Of a stretch of 64,000 nt of DNA, positions 13,488 through 27,076 are shown piece after piece. How positions within the stretch are numbered: position 1 is the first letter of the stretch; each line of letters starts with the position of its first letter. The DNA comes from Azolla caroliniana. Its lineage: Eukaryota > Plantae > Polypodiophyta. A program made the position numbers and the translations under genes. The stretch spans positions 25,606,001 through 25,670,000 of the forward strand of contig JBHGNT010000003.1 of NCBI GenBank assembly GCA_043228905.1, written 5' to 3'. Below the pieces are notes generated by a model. That model was not told where the DNA came from. It made no database searches and worked only from the letters and a program-made list of their open reading frames with translations.

Positions 13488-16400
13488 TTACACTGACTTT
13501 GTTTGTTCTTGGTGGAGAACAACAAGATCTCGTGTGAAAATATTTGTTATGGCAAAGAGAAGTAATACAAACACCACCTGTGCACTCATGATACCAAAAT
13601 GACTGATGCTCTGCCCAATTTCTAACCAGCTTCCAGTATTTCGGACCTTTTAAAAAAGAGAAGATATTGGAAACTGGAAATTTCAAGTACCTAAATATGT
13701 GTGTTAAAGAAGCAAAGCACAATAAGGAACTTACAAGGAAGAAGAAATGGATTGTCATCACATCTGAGAAGAGCATCACTACAAAGAAGCAGCCTAACCT
13801 TGGCAGATTGAGAAGCTTCATAACAGCACTAAAGGCACACCTGGAAAGCTCAACAAGAAAATTACTTTCTTATTAGTAAGGTAAGTATATAAGAACCTCA
13901 ATATAGATGAAATGACAATAAGCTCACGTGACAAGAATGAATGGTATCAGCAACTTCCAAACCAAGAGGGACGCCATGGTGAATGGCTGTGAAATGGGGC
14001 AAAAGAGGTGTAAAGATAATTGTATATCGATGATGTGCTCACAAAAACAAGAAAGTTAAATTGGAACTGAGCCATACACTGAAAACCGTGATGAACCGAT
14101 AAACCGAAGAGATCTCAAAACTTGCAAGGCTTGCAACATTTCCAGTCCCAAAGAAAGCCACATTGATTAGTACTATCTGAATACAAAAAATAACCATATA
14201 GGATCATATGTTCACATGTTTCTAGATTTCCGATAGCTTTCCAAACCAAAGGTTAAAAGTCTAGGAATTTTTGTGGTTATGCACTCATGTCATATATATT
14301 GGAACTTTCCATTACACAAATAACATCCGCAAACGCCTTGCCTTCCATTTAGTAAATGTAACTGCAATACTGCCATTACCACTATAACTGAGGACGATGC
14401 CGGTTATGTGAAATATTATTACCTTGCCCACAAGGTATGGGGATAGTGCAAGGTAGGGAACAGATGGTGATAAAAATGGTTTGGTGTACCTTAAGTCAAT
14501 GATAGACCAGATGAACTTACAAAGCAAAGAGGAACTCTCATATCAGCAAGCTTCAGAGCCCTGTTTCCTTTCGATGGAGATGGTACAGATAGATCGAAGG
14601 TCACAGTGTCCAATGAAAAATCATAGTTATCTGTGATGACTGTAGAGTTCATGAGCACAGCTTCTACTACAATCCAGGCCAGCAGTACCAGAGCCAAAGC
14701 ACTATAGAATAACGCTTCGTACCTGTAAACAAGCATAGAAATGGAGATCATTTATCCTTTGTCAGCAGACCCATAACATAAAAAAGAACAGAGCCTTCTA
14801 TTTAAGTTCATGAATAATTTGCAAGGTGATGTTGTCCATGAACATGTGTTTAACATGCTAACGTTTGGGCAGGATTCTATAAACTAAAAATCCATGACTG
14901 GACCTTGTTCATTTAAGTAAAACCCAAAGGCTTCTCTATACCTAAATACTAGCTCGGACATCAGGAAGTCAAAATCCTTCCTTTGATACACTATTCTTCA
15001 TCTCTTACGAAAACCAAGACATAGATCACTCTTTCCAGTTCTAATAAGTTGCAATCTTACCCTATTGATAGAAGCAAAAATGTTGGCGCGAACCCTAAGA
15101 AAATGGATGTTAATCTGCTTAAAATATCTGGAGGTGAAAATACTGGCACTACAATGGGCAAGCCTGTTGCATTAAAGAAGATTATCAAAAACATACTTTC
15201 AAATAGAAAAGGTTAACAGAATATTTTTCAATTTTATATATTACACTAAGCATTATATTGTTCAAGAGCAATCAGTGTAAGGAGAATAAACATACCTGCA
15301 AGAACCCAATTTATGATCCGAATATGCATGGGTAGTCCTCTATTTTGAGCCCGGAGAGAGGTAGAAATCCAAACCATGACTGTGGAAATCGTTACAAGAG
15401 AAATCTGTAACAAACAAAAACCGTGAATCAGAAGGCAACTTTGTGCTGACTCCCTCTATACATATATATGCTACAAATACTTCACTTTAAAAGACTTATT
15501 TCAGATCAAAGTACCTGGAGTAAAAATACTCTACTCAGTTTCTTCGATTTTCTTGTTTGCTCACGCAGAATGGACCTCCACGTTTGATTACTTGGAAGAG
15601 AATAATAATTCAACCATTGACTCCAAAAAGCAAGAAAGATCACAATAATTCCACTTCCAACGCTGCAATATAAATTTAGAAAGGCACCATCAGAGACATT
15701 CTTGTGATCCTGATTTCATATTTTCAGAAAGCAGACTTTCTAATTGAGCATCTAGGTTTTCTGCTTAGCGGACTTCAAATGAATTAAAATCAAAATAATG
15801 CAATGTGTGAAACAAGAATAACTCAAAAACATCATGCGGACCACATTGTCATTGGGGTGTTCTGCTTATTTAATAGACTCCTATTGCCTCATACCAAACA
15901 ACAGTATATGAAATATGGCAAAGTTAGATCAATCAAGAACAGAATTCAATGTATCAACTTCATAGTTTCCTTTTAGTTACCAAAAATAGCCAAAAAAGGG
16001 GATGAATAGACCATATAACTGCTCAAAGACCACATATAATTGATCAATGGGGGATTGCCAAATGACTTTAATGAGATATAAAAAACTTGACGATATTTGG
16101 GAAATAAAGAAAAAGGTCAGAGGTTGCATAACAGCTTAAAAAGTCAGTGGTTCAATGACTTAGACCTTATTTCTTGTGAATGTATGCACATAAAGAACTC
16201 ACACAAGGACAGTGTTGTCTGCAATATGGACAGGCATGAGAGTAAATCCTGAGAGCATCCAGCAAGAAGCCCATACAAAACTTGGAACCATCGACAATCC
16301 TGGCGTGTTGCATGAGATCATGACTGCACCTACAACTCCAGCTGCCAGAAAGACCCCAGTATAGACCTCTCTTTTGAAAAAGCTCAAAACCTATAAAAAA

Positions 16401-19400
16401 GGAAGTTGTTCTTACTTATCCTTATATTATGGAGCATAATCGTATACTTAAAAATAAAATAAATACAAAAATTCTAAAAGATCCTCAATTTTACTTATTT
16501 CCAGATTGGTTAGTCCAACTGCCCCTGGTCAATCCCGAAACAGACAGAAAAGGGATGAGATTACATTTAAATAGCTCAAACAGCAATAAAAATTGAGAAA
16601 AAGTGGATAAATTGATCAAACAGAACATGTGATTGCTTGACACGAAGCTGACTGATGGCAATTGGGGGAATAAAGAAAAACAGTCAGGAGTACTTCAGAA
16701 TTTTTCCTGAAATATAGGGAATTAAGATAAAACAAAAAATCCTAGGATGGAAGTATACCAGCATTTCTAGCACCAGAAGTGACACCCCTACAGCATAGGA
16801 CGTCCTGATGAAGAAGAGAATTTTTGATGTCCGTATTGCATTCCAGATATTGTTCAGAATATTTGCATCACTAATGATCTCTGTCCAAAACAACAATGCA
16901 AGCCCAAGGTACAAATGGTATAGCAGTGGTGCATGTTCTACCAAAAGAACAGTGGAGCAGATTCCCATTATGACAGATCCACATATACGCACCTAATGCA
17001 ACCATATCCACAGTTTAAGTGTGATTTATGCAAAATAAATTGTTTTGACATGTATGCTTATTTAGTTTTATAGAAACAAAGCACTGCATTACTTATCATC
17101 ATAAGAGGAATAGTAAGGGAAAAAAAGAATAACCGAACACACAAGCAATTAGTAAAGACTCCCCATCAATCATGTGGGCCAGGGTTCCACGATTGAGTAT
17201 CTATGTATTTACCAGGGGAAAAAGATTTTAATCCCCAATAATGGGCCAAGGTTCCATGATTCAGTATTTATGTATTTAAAATGGGAAAAGGATTTTAATC
17301 CCTGCTTTTTTGATAGATGCTAGTATATACATGAGAGACTTAAACTAGATAATGATATTTTGTAACTGTCCCTTCTTTCATATAAAAATTTACACAGAAC
17401 AGAAGTAACTATACGAGCACTTACAATAACTCTTCTCTTTCGTACAGGCGACTTCATTACTGATTTGAAGGGACTAAACAAAAACGATGTATAGTTCTTA
17501 ATGACATACAAAAGTATGTACACCATCCACCCTAGATAACCCATTGTGACTGTACCCATCAAAAAGAACCAATCATAGGTCTGAAAATAATGCAGCCCTG
17601 AAATTGAGAGGGTGATAAGCTCTTGAGCCAACTTGATAGCTTCTTCATACTGATGCTCATCAATCAACGCCCTTATTTCCTTCACATCTTCCTCATATCC
17701 AGCAAGGGGAATAAATGGTTTAAAATTCAGAGACGTGGTTTGTTTTAAACCTGTGTTCATGTAGGAAATAGAAGCTAAGGAAGACACAGATATTATGAGG
17801 TCATACTCAGATTGCAATTCAATAATTTCATTGTTAATATGATTGGATACGAGATTTCTGAAGGAATTGATTCAGTATCTGCTTTGCATTTGCATAAACA
17901 GCTTCAGCCTTCTCTATCTATAAGACAAAACATAATGTAAGATAAACATCTGGTCAATTATCTATTAAAAAGAGGAAGCATATAAAAGTATGTGAAAACA
18001 CCAAAATAACCCGAACATAAAACTGTTAGGTATACAGCAAATATTTCGTAAATTATTTTTAAAAAAGAGGAAGCATATAAAAGTATGTGAAAAACACCAA
18101 AATAACCCAACATAAAACTGTTAGGTATACAGCACATTAATGCCACTACTATTTAAACACTAATTTCTTCTTTACCTGACTAATATCCAAGTAGTCAATG
18201 GGCAAAGCCCCAACAGAATTCAATGGACATGGAAGACCTAAAAGGGTTGACTGCCAACAAAAATGGAAAGCTTTAATGAGAATATAGGAACAACAAACTA
18301 AAGGTCATGACACATTTAAAAGTTTGTGACAAATCTTGTGGTAAGGAGAGTACTCAGATAATAGATCAAGAGCCCATCACCATAAGAGGTGCGATATCAC
18401 CCTGATTGACATCGACACGTTCAAAATCTCCAAGACCCCACCCAGAAGGCGTCAGAGGATGATGTTCATGTTGGTCAACAAACATGGCCTCATCATCTCC
18501 ATAATCTTCTGGACTGGCTGGGCTTGGCTTCTGAATACCAGCTCCCCAAACCACGAGTGGTGTCTCTGTATTTGTCGGATGGCCATCCCCGTGGCTTCCT
18601 GGGATTGTGTAATAATATTTTTGGGTGAACCATATTGGATTCAAGAAATTATCATTGATATTAGGGTAAAACTCTGAAATATTCCTAAGTTTCATTATAT
18701 GCCCGAATGCCCTTCAGTTTTCATTATTCCCTGAGATGCCCTTGATCAACTCCCAAGAGTTCAAGCTATATGTTGCAGCATGCAATTGTATCATCAAATT
18801 TATCCTTGTTTGCACTCTTTCAGGGGTTGACAGAGCAATTGATGACATAATGAAAACTCAGGTATTTGTGAGTTTTTCCTTAATTTTAGAGTTATAAACC
18901 AGCAAGCTGTAAGACACATACCTTTCTCACTCATTCCATGGTCTGCAGTGAATATGTAAGCTGTCCGCTGATCCGGAAACAATTTTTCTACTAGTTCAAC
19001 AGTCGCTTTAACACCAGAATCTACAACTTCTATGTTACTCAGATAGATGGGTGAAAATGGCCGATGAGCATGACCATTCGTATCACAACCAAGGAGATGC
19101 AAAAAGATCACCACTTTATCTCCATGCAAAAACTTATAAACCTCCGGGTCTTCATTAGACTGGTTCAGGAGCTCACCCACTCGTTGAAATGACCATTCAT
19201 CCAAAAAAGATGCATCTGCATATCAGAGTGCAAATTCAATAATGAAAGTCTCATAATTGAATTATGTGAAGTTTACAAATGCATCATCCATTCAAGATAA
19301 GATTAAAAACCTGCAGCAAAATCTTCATATTCGTGTGGATACACTTTCCAATGGGCATTTGACAAATGGCCACAAAACATTGGTACAATATCTGGACTTC

Positions 19401-21901
19401 CATAAGCAAATGTATGTGTACTTCTGTTGAAAATAGAGTCGAATTCCACTGGGTTTGCTTTCCAACCTACAACATCATGCTAATTACAACTTTTAGCCAA
19501 ATGTATACCTCTGGAGTCTAATCATACCAATAAAAAATATAGGAGGCCGTAATCATCAACACCACAAATACTAAGCCTCTTTAAACATGGGCTTCAGTCC
19601 ATGTATAGAAATGGAAGCCTTAACTGTTAAGTTGAGAAAAATATCCATGCGCTTTTCATTAAATTTTGTTAGAGCTTGAAAAATCAGTTTTACAGATAAA
19701 ACCACTCACCCTTTGTAACTGCACTAGGGTCCTCATAGAATCCAGCAATAATTGCAACATGCCCTGGGCGAGACTCTGTAGGAGGCCGAGCATGAGAAAC
19801 TCCCCAGCGTCCTTTAGTTTGAATTATACTTCTTAAGAATGGGGCCCTGAATCTCCCATTTGCATCCATCTCATAAAATTTATCAGCTCGCAATCCATCA
19901 GCTACATACAATAAAGATGGATTCATTACAATCAATCACAAACCAAAAATAACAGAAGGTAACAAATAGTTCTTTAAGAAGTGTCTTTACATCTAAGTTG
20001 TAAATAAATCCATGTTTACATTGAAATTAAAGAAAGTAAAAAACTTGATTACTATGAACAGGTCATCCATGACACACCAAATGGGAATGTCAGGACTAGA
20101 CAGAGAAAGAGATAAAGGAGAGTATAAGAAAACTAAAGTAGAAACTGAACTGCATTAAATATGATAACAAAACGTTTGGGATATGTTTTACGTACAAATT
20201 AGAGATTTATTGCAGAATAACCATATAGGTTTGGAATAAACAATTATAAGAGAAATATTTTTTCAAGAAATATTCAAGGAAAAGCTGTCTTTTTATGGTT
20301 CCGGTGGTGAAATCACATCATCTGTTCAAGAAAAGCTTCTGATGAGCTCAGAACATGTGCTCACTACATTATGTTATCCTATAGATTTGAATCCTTATTA
20401 AAGCTGTACTAAGCAACAGATACAGATTGCAGTTAGTTTATACTTTTATGGCTTCTGTGGTGAAATCACATCATACTTCTAAAAGAAAACTGTTTTTTCT
20501 ACATATCCTGGGACTTGTGACAAAATCACGGGATGACTCTAAAGAAAGCTTGCGGAAATCTCCAGATATGTCATTTGTCTTAAGTATGCCATCAAGTAAT
20601 CTGATAATTTTGCATGAAATGCAACAACTGACCAGAATCAATCTGCAGCTGAAGATATTCTCGGCAAATTTTGCCTCCATTATAAGGAAGGAAAAAATGA
20701 AACAGATAGTTCTACGAAGAGAATAAGGCCAAGGCTCTGTATATGAACTTACCACGCTGTATGGAAAACACTAAAAGAATGGAGATTCAGCCTATCTTCT
20801 GACTAAGAAATTATCAAAATGGAACAGGTGCAGACCAGAAAGATAACAAGGCCAAGAATTGATGTCCAAACTCATCACACCACGCCATGTAGAAGACACT
20901 ACAATGATAGAAATTTGCAAATTTCCTTAGCAAAAAAGGATTAAAGAATGCCAAGTAGCAACTACACCTTGTTCTGCACAAGAAAGCCAAAGCAAGCAGA
21001 AATCATATTACATCTCCAAAAAGTCAGCACGCCAGGTACAAAGTACAACCAAATTCGAAATCCAGAAGATCTTCCTGATTAAGTAAGAATGGGAAAGAAA
21101 CACAGAAAAGAATGTTGCATTTGTGAAATTGGCAACGCCATTGTAGAAAGGAGGTCACTGCATGAATGGTGATTCAGAGGTATTTTCTGACCAATAACGT
21201 AAGCAGAAGAATAATGCATCTTAAGAAATGAGATTTTCAGAAGCTTTTTCTGATCTGACAGAGAAAGAAATCTTAGCTTCCTGATAGCAATTTTCATCAG
21301 TACATACAAACACAAGTGGTAAGAATCGATATCGCAGAACTCACATGCAATGTAGGAGATGGAATAAAAAAAAGTAGGAACAGCGCAAAGAATTAAAGAA
21401 AGAGCCGATCTGTAGAAGCTCGCAATGCATACATATATGTATAGGTGATGACAAAAAAAGTAGAAAAAGGGAGAACAGATACAAAAGAATGATCGATGTG
21501 CAAGAATTCGCAATGCTAATCTATATATATATATATATATAAAGAGAGAGAGAGAGAGAGAATGAGAGAATGAGAGAATGAAAATGAAGAAGAAAAAGGG
21601 ATGAGAAACAAGGAAAATATTGATGTGCAGATGTAAGGTTTAAGGTTTAAGGTTTAGGGTTTAGGTTTTTAGAAATCCACCATGAGACATGGAAGTTTAG
21701 GAATAGAGCCATACCTATAAAGAGAACGAGGCGTTTGGCAGGGGCGTGGGTGAGAGGTTGAACAGGGTCCATGCCATGGACGATGGGGGTCTTGAAGTAG
21801 ATATCGAAGATACTGAGCATGTAGAGAGCGTGGAGGATGAAACCCAGGGCAACGAGTATGCCTTCCTCCCATCGTCTGGCCCCCATCGCCATCTCTGCCA
21901 T
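13488..21901 (-). CDS. PIGN: GPI ethanolamine phosphate transferase 1 (PIG-N/Mcd4), about 973 aa, 18 exons
   Basis: Exons 21901-21715, 19901-19710, 19466-19311, 19215-18922, 18598-18381, 18250-18176, 17917-17851, 17750-17425, 16992-16759, 16390-16203, 15662-15515, 15404-15296, 15163-15061, 14722-14521, 14176-14078, 13986-13928, 13840-13735, 13646-13488 (2922 nt in frame). Motifs [57 protein letters not shown]. Confidence 0.95.
17965..18135. repeat. ~95-bp tandem duplication in PIGN intron 6
   Basis: AAAAGAGGAAGCATATAAAAGTATGTGAAAACACCAAAATAACCC.AACATAAAACTGTTAGGTATACAGCA occurs twice. Confidence 0.9.
21633..21670. promoter_or_regulatory. Telo-box / degenerate TTTAGGG repeats at the 5' end of PIGN intron 1
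   Basis: TAAGGTTTTAAGGTTTAAGGTTTAGGGTTTAGG reads AAACCCTA-type on the gene strand. Telo-boxes are commonly found near the 5' ends of plant housekeeping genes. Confidence 0.5.
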
Positions 21902-24818
21902 TCTTCTCTCTTCCTGTTTCTTTCTTTCTTTCTTTCTTTCCTTCTTCCTGTCTTCCTTTCTTTCTTTGAAAACAAAGAACTGTGAGAAAGAAAGACACAC
22001 AACTTACAAGTTCAAAATCACACTCCTCACGTTTGTCAAATTTACCAATTTAATCCCCCTCCTTTAAAAAGAACTCTCTCCTCCCCTAACTAAAAGTAGT
22101 GTGTGTAGTAAAACAACACAAGTAGAAGAGAAGTAAGAACACCACAATTGTTGTCAATGCAATAGTGTTGATCTTATGGCCATCTAAAGCTCGTAAGACT
22201 TGAATTGACACACAAGGGCACCTCCTTCGTAGACAAGGCACCCCCATACCTTGCTTAGTTGCAAAAGACCGCCAGTCGATTCTCCATTCCGCCCGCCTAA
22301 GCTTGACATTACATACCTTGTGTGGTACACGCTTATGTGGAGACCGTCAAACGAGAACCCATTTGTATTGCTTTGATCGTACCACTAATCACCATGCCTT
22401 CATTATTCATACACACCCTTATATGATGTGGATGGCATTTGTTGTGGCTCCTTGGATCAAAACGCCGCAAAAAAAGGGTTTGGAAACTTTCTATTCATCA
22501 ACAATGCTTGACAATGTGACATAATTATGACATGAATGGCTTTAACAACAAGACGAGTTTGGAAATTGTTCTTTGTCATTCTCCTCGATCATCTTACAAA
22601 TGAAAATAATGTTCCATCTAGAATGTATCATTGTTTTGAAACCACTGCCGAAGGAAATATGACCCGCTAAAGGAAGTATGACTTTTGCATGACATGGAAT
22701 ATGAGGTTGTCATATTGCATTCAACAAACATCAACATTATATGTGTCAAATGATCTCCCAATGTGACTCTAAAATAGCATTTTGCATAGTTTGCTAAGCT
22801 AAGGTGGTTGCCACTTGACCAATCTCAGTCTTTATTTTTAGAAGAACGTTGAATGTTGAACCATAATCAATCTTGACGTTTAAATTATCGAGCATCATTA
22901 ACATCATGCCACCTATGAAGTGGTTTTCCCATGGTATATACTATCTTTCTCTTCAAAACAACGTGCCTCTACGCAAAGTTGAGTTCCTCCATGCATACAT
23001 TTGAAGATGTTGATCTTCAAGTAACCATGTAATGTAATCTTCCGAATTGAGTATGATTGCTCGAGCCCCACCCCCCCCTAGAACTTTGGGGTACCCATAT
23101 ATGTTTCTCAATCTGGTGGTCTTCTCAACAAGAGAGACATTTGATGATGAGTATGGGCTTGCTTAGAAATATCATCATAAATGATAAAGGTATGTTGTAT
23201 GTGATACATAACATACTCAGCCAAAGTTGCTACTTATATGGGAAAAATCAGCACAAAAGTGGTTGGAGCTTGAATAATGAAAAGCTATTTTTGCATCCAT
23301 ACATGAATTGATGAGGTGGTAGCGTTATGGTGTCCCAAGAAACCACCACACCTTCAAACAAAATGTTTTTATTTATTTTTTCACAAAAATTGTATACTGC
23401 CCACCCGTTAATGGTATTTGTCTCCCCTCGTATCCAAAGGAAAAAGAAAAAGCAACTTAGCCTCTATTTGAGAGTGGAAGTAGATCAAAACAGGAAAAAC
23501 ACACATGTAGACTAGAGAACGTGAATCAATTGAAAAAAAATGGTTCAAATTTATTATTAACCAGGAGACTTACACTTGGATACGAGCATGTCACTCATGT
23601 ATCCCTTCCATAGTGAATTCCCCCCCCCCCCCCTTTGAAATTTGTATTATATAAAGATTACAAGCTTGAAGGAGTCTCTCGTATTTTCCTCCAAATAGGT
23701 CGATAGAGCATTGTTGACGTAGAAGTTGTAAAACGTTGAATATAATTATCGATAACTAATGAAGGGTTTGTTATGGAGTTGCCATTGATGTTAATAACTG
23801 TGACATTCAATGTACATGGGAGGCCTACAATCCATGAAATACTTCATGGGATTGACAATTATCATCGTCATGACATTGCTATTAAACAAGATTGTTGATG
23901 ATCATGTACCTAAAGGTATTGCATAGCTCAAGGCAAGGTAACATTTCTTTTCAACGACATCTCATTTATGGGGAGAGACATTGATAATGGCATACGTTTG
24001 TCACGTAAGCAACAATGTTTATACTTTTCATTATCAAACTTTTGATCATGTGATCGCCTAATGTTTTGCATCCTTGCAAGAACTTAGAAGTTATGGAATC
24101 AAAATAATAGCTCAAAAATAAAAATTGAAACGAGAGAGTGTTGGGATCACAATATATGAGCAAAGATAATGAGGCATAGCAAAAAAATGTGTCTTAACCG
24201 TATGACAATAATAACAAGAGAAATGATAACATAAATCATACTATATTTCTTCCTTTTTTACATGACACTCATTCTACACAATATCCTTATGCAAACAACA
24301 AATCAAAATGGGAACAAAATGTTTGGTGAAACACATTTTCTTTATCCAAGGAAAGTATTGTGACTTACAAAAACTTATCAAGTTTACAAATCAATCACGT
24401 ATCAAAATGCTTGTGACCACTAACAAGGCAAATGAGCAAGAGCTTCGTTGCTAAACGATGTAGGATACTCCACCACAAAATGTCCTGATCACGACGATCT
24501 ACCTTTTTATTACTAAAAGACAATGGTACAATTGTTTAACGAGACTATGAAGAGATTTTGTGGTGTTCACACTTTGACAACCTATATACGTAAATGGAAT
24601 ATTATAAATATACACTATTATAGATCATAAATATAAAATGCATCAAGCTTTTAGGCTGTCGAATCTATTTGATGAGCATTCAATGATTGCTTTAACCTTA
24701 ACTTGTATTTACATACGGGTGCACGAAAATTTTAAATATTTCATACATATGAAAGCTAGGCATTGCAACTAGGTATTAGTTAGCAACAACGTTTGAAGTG
24801 GTTCAATGATAATTTATA

Positions 24819-25068
24819 GGGGAAAGTACCAGGATACCCCTGGAAGTTCCAAATTTACCAAACTATCCCTATGTCCAAACAATTACACCTTATAAAGTAA
24901 TTATTACACTCAAACATTTGGTAAATAGGGCTTGTTCGGGTCCATTTCTTCCATCTTTGGTGAGTAGGGTGTAATTTTTTGGACATAGGGGTAGTTTGGT
25001 AAATTTGGAATTTCAAGGGGCATTCTGGTAAATAGACGAACTTCCAAGGGTATCCTGGTACTTTTCCC
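24819..25068. mobile_element. Mutator-like MITE, 250 bp, long TIRs, 9-bp TSD
   Basis: Left end GGGGAAAGTACCAGGATACCCCTGGAAGTTC matches the reverse complement of the right end GGGAAAAGTACCAGGATACCCTTGGAAGTTC. TAATTTATA flanks both sides (24810-24818 and 25069-25077). Confidence 0.88.
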
Positions 25069-25439
25069 TAATTTATATCTAAAATGTTGCCTATGGATAT
25101 TCACGAGGACTACAATACTCATTGGAATATGACCTCGATAGGGAGAAGACGAGGATACCTTGGAAGTGGAAAAAGTGATGCAAAGTGGGGGATGGAGTAT
25201 TTTGACCCAAGTTGAGTGGTCTCCAAGATTGTTAACATTGAGTTAGAACATACAATTTTGTGATGGTTAATTAGAATACCAATCGTAGTCGTCAAACAAT
25301 TACATGAAAGTGCAAACTCCATGCAAGTGATCCTCATGGAGTCATTTGTGGAAAAGTTTTTTTGGGGGGTGGCTAAATTTCATGCAAGTCACTTTTTATT
25401 ATTTTCCCTGAAAATATATCCTCCATTGGTGTTAAAATT

Positions 25440-25815
25440 AAAGTGGCAAGAGGCAATATACAAAAACTTCTTCAGCTATTTGTAAAGAACCATACTTCAC
25501 ATACATATTAACCAACATGTTTCCTAGTAAGCCCTCATCTTCTAGCCTTTTCTTCACAATTTCAGCATAAATGCACTGACCCTCATATGATCTTCCTAAA
25601 TCAAAACAAGGTTTTAGGTTGTGTGAATATGTCAAAGCATTCTGAAGGATTCCTTTGTCTTGCATCTATTAAAAAATCATACAACACCTCCTGGGCCTAT
25701 CCATGGTTTCTATAGCCTCTTACGAGTGTATTCCATGAGACAATATTTGAAACCATAATTGTTCTAAATGTTTTCTATGTGGTTGGGCAACCACATTTAG
25801 CATACATATAAATCA
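25440..25815 (-). pseudogene. Degenerate PLS-class PPR gene fragment
   Basis: Reads YMYAKCG..*...NIVSWNTLVRGYRNHG*AQEV, then frameshifts to MQDKGILQNALTYS...GNMLVNMYVKYGSLQIAEEVF. These are PPR motifs broken by stops and a frameshift. Confidence 0.8.
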
Positions 25816-26352
25816 CATGGAAGTCACTTTTTTTGGGCGTATATGAGAAGTACGCATGTTTATGTCAAATACTTGTTATTTATTTATTCGTTCACTTATT
25901 CCATTGACACCCCCTCGTAAACTATTTAGTTGGTAGTCTCCATAGGCCCGAGATTTCACATTGGTGTATCCAACTTAATCAAAGAATGCAATCTGCTTTG
26001 TAGAATCTACAAACCATCATCACTTGCTAAAGTTCATTGGGAGTTATGTATGGTTGTCAAGGACAACATTCTTTCTTAATTGTGTGTATAAACAAGTAAG
26101 TATATATTCATTCATCTTACATGTGTGCATAAAAGCACAAGGTTAACTATCCCTGATTGCATGGAATCGGTTGATGTGTTCACTCTATCAATTGTCATTC
26201 CCTTCTTATCCTTTCTTGATGATGATGGATTGTGAGGTTTATGTAGTCACTCTATCAATTGTCATTCCCTACTCTTATCCTTTCTTGATGATGATGATGG
26301 ATTGTCATACATAACGCGGGCGATCTTAACAAACAAAATCGTGGTATTATAT

Positions 26353-26393
26353 ATCCCACATACAAACGCGATGTAGACCTCGTCTTATAAAAA
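26353..26393 (+). promoter_or_regulatory. snRNA promoter of U5 copy 1: USE (ATCCCACATAC) and TATA (TATAAAAA)
   Basis: 26353-26363 matches the plant USE consensus RTCCCACATCG at 9 of 11 positions. TATA lies at 26386-26393. Confidence 0.8.
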
Positions 26394-26419
26394 CCAAATG
26401 TAGGGCTGCAGGCAATCTC

Positions 26420-26565
26420 ATCGGGATGGCGTGGGTTGAGCACAGAGCGAACTATTCTTTCGCCTTTTACTAAAGAATACCGTGTGTTCCTCCTACAACA
26501 AATGCCCTAACCCTAATTTTTAGAAGTGGGAGGCTCCTCTGTACCCCAGATGGAGCTTCCCACCA
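26420..26565 (+). ncRNA. U5: U5 spliceosomal snRNA, copy 1 (ends approximate)
   Basis: Invariant loop 1 GCCTTTTAC (26462-26470) sits within the plant-type context GCGAACTATTCTTTCGCCTTTTACTAAAGAATACCGTGTG. Sm site AATTTTTAG at 26515-26523. 3' hairpin GTGGGAGGCTCC...GGAGCTTCCCAC. Upstream USE and TATA present. Confidence 0.95.
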
Positions 26566-26592
26566 TACAAATGCCAATACAAATACCTCAAT

Positions 26593-27076
26593 GGAGCTTC
26601 CCACCATACAAATGCTTAACAAACAAAATGCCACAGAGCTGTAGAACTTGATAATGTAGTTCCATTATCAGGCTTATAGTAAGTTTTCGTAGTCTGACTC
26701 TGGTGAAAACTCGACATCTTAGTTCGTTTATTCAGGTCTGCATAATGTAGTTTCATTATCAGGCTTATAGTATGTTTTCGTAGTCCGACTTCTGACGGTA
26801 AAACTCGACATTTGAGTTCGTTTATTCAGGCCTGCAGAAAATCCTTTGTATTTTTCAGTTCCAAAGGCGTACAGATATAGATGAATGAACCACCTTGTGG
26901 AGTCTCTTCAGCGGTGGTTAAATTGGGAAGAGGTTCCTTTCCAACTTCTGTGGAGATATGATTAAAGATATTAGAATCATGAGGTCTCAAACATTGTCTT
27001 GGATTTAGGTTCCTTTCCAACTTCTGTGGAGATATGATGAAAGATATTAGAATCATGAGGTCTCAAACATTGTCTC
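26593..27076. repeat. Cluster of short tandem duplications in the spacer between the U5 genes
   Basis: A partial recopy of the U5 3' end (ATGGAGCTTCCCACCATACAAATGC, about 26591-26615), a ~90-bp duplication (about 26651 and 26742) and a ~76-bp duplication (about 26931 and 27007). Confidence 0.85.

Noticed and set aside
22200-24700. Probable decayed transposon sequence; also about 8050-9700 and 59000-62200
   Set aside because: No recognisable motif, terminus or TSD could be supported by eye.
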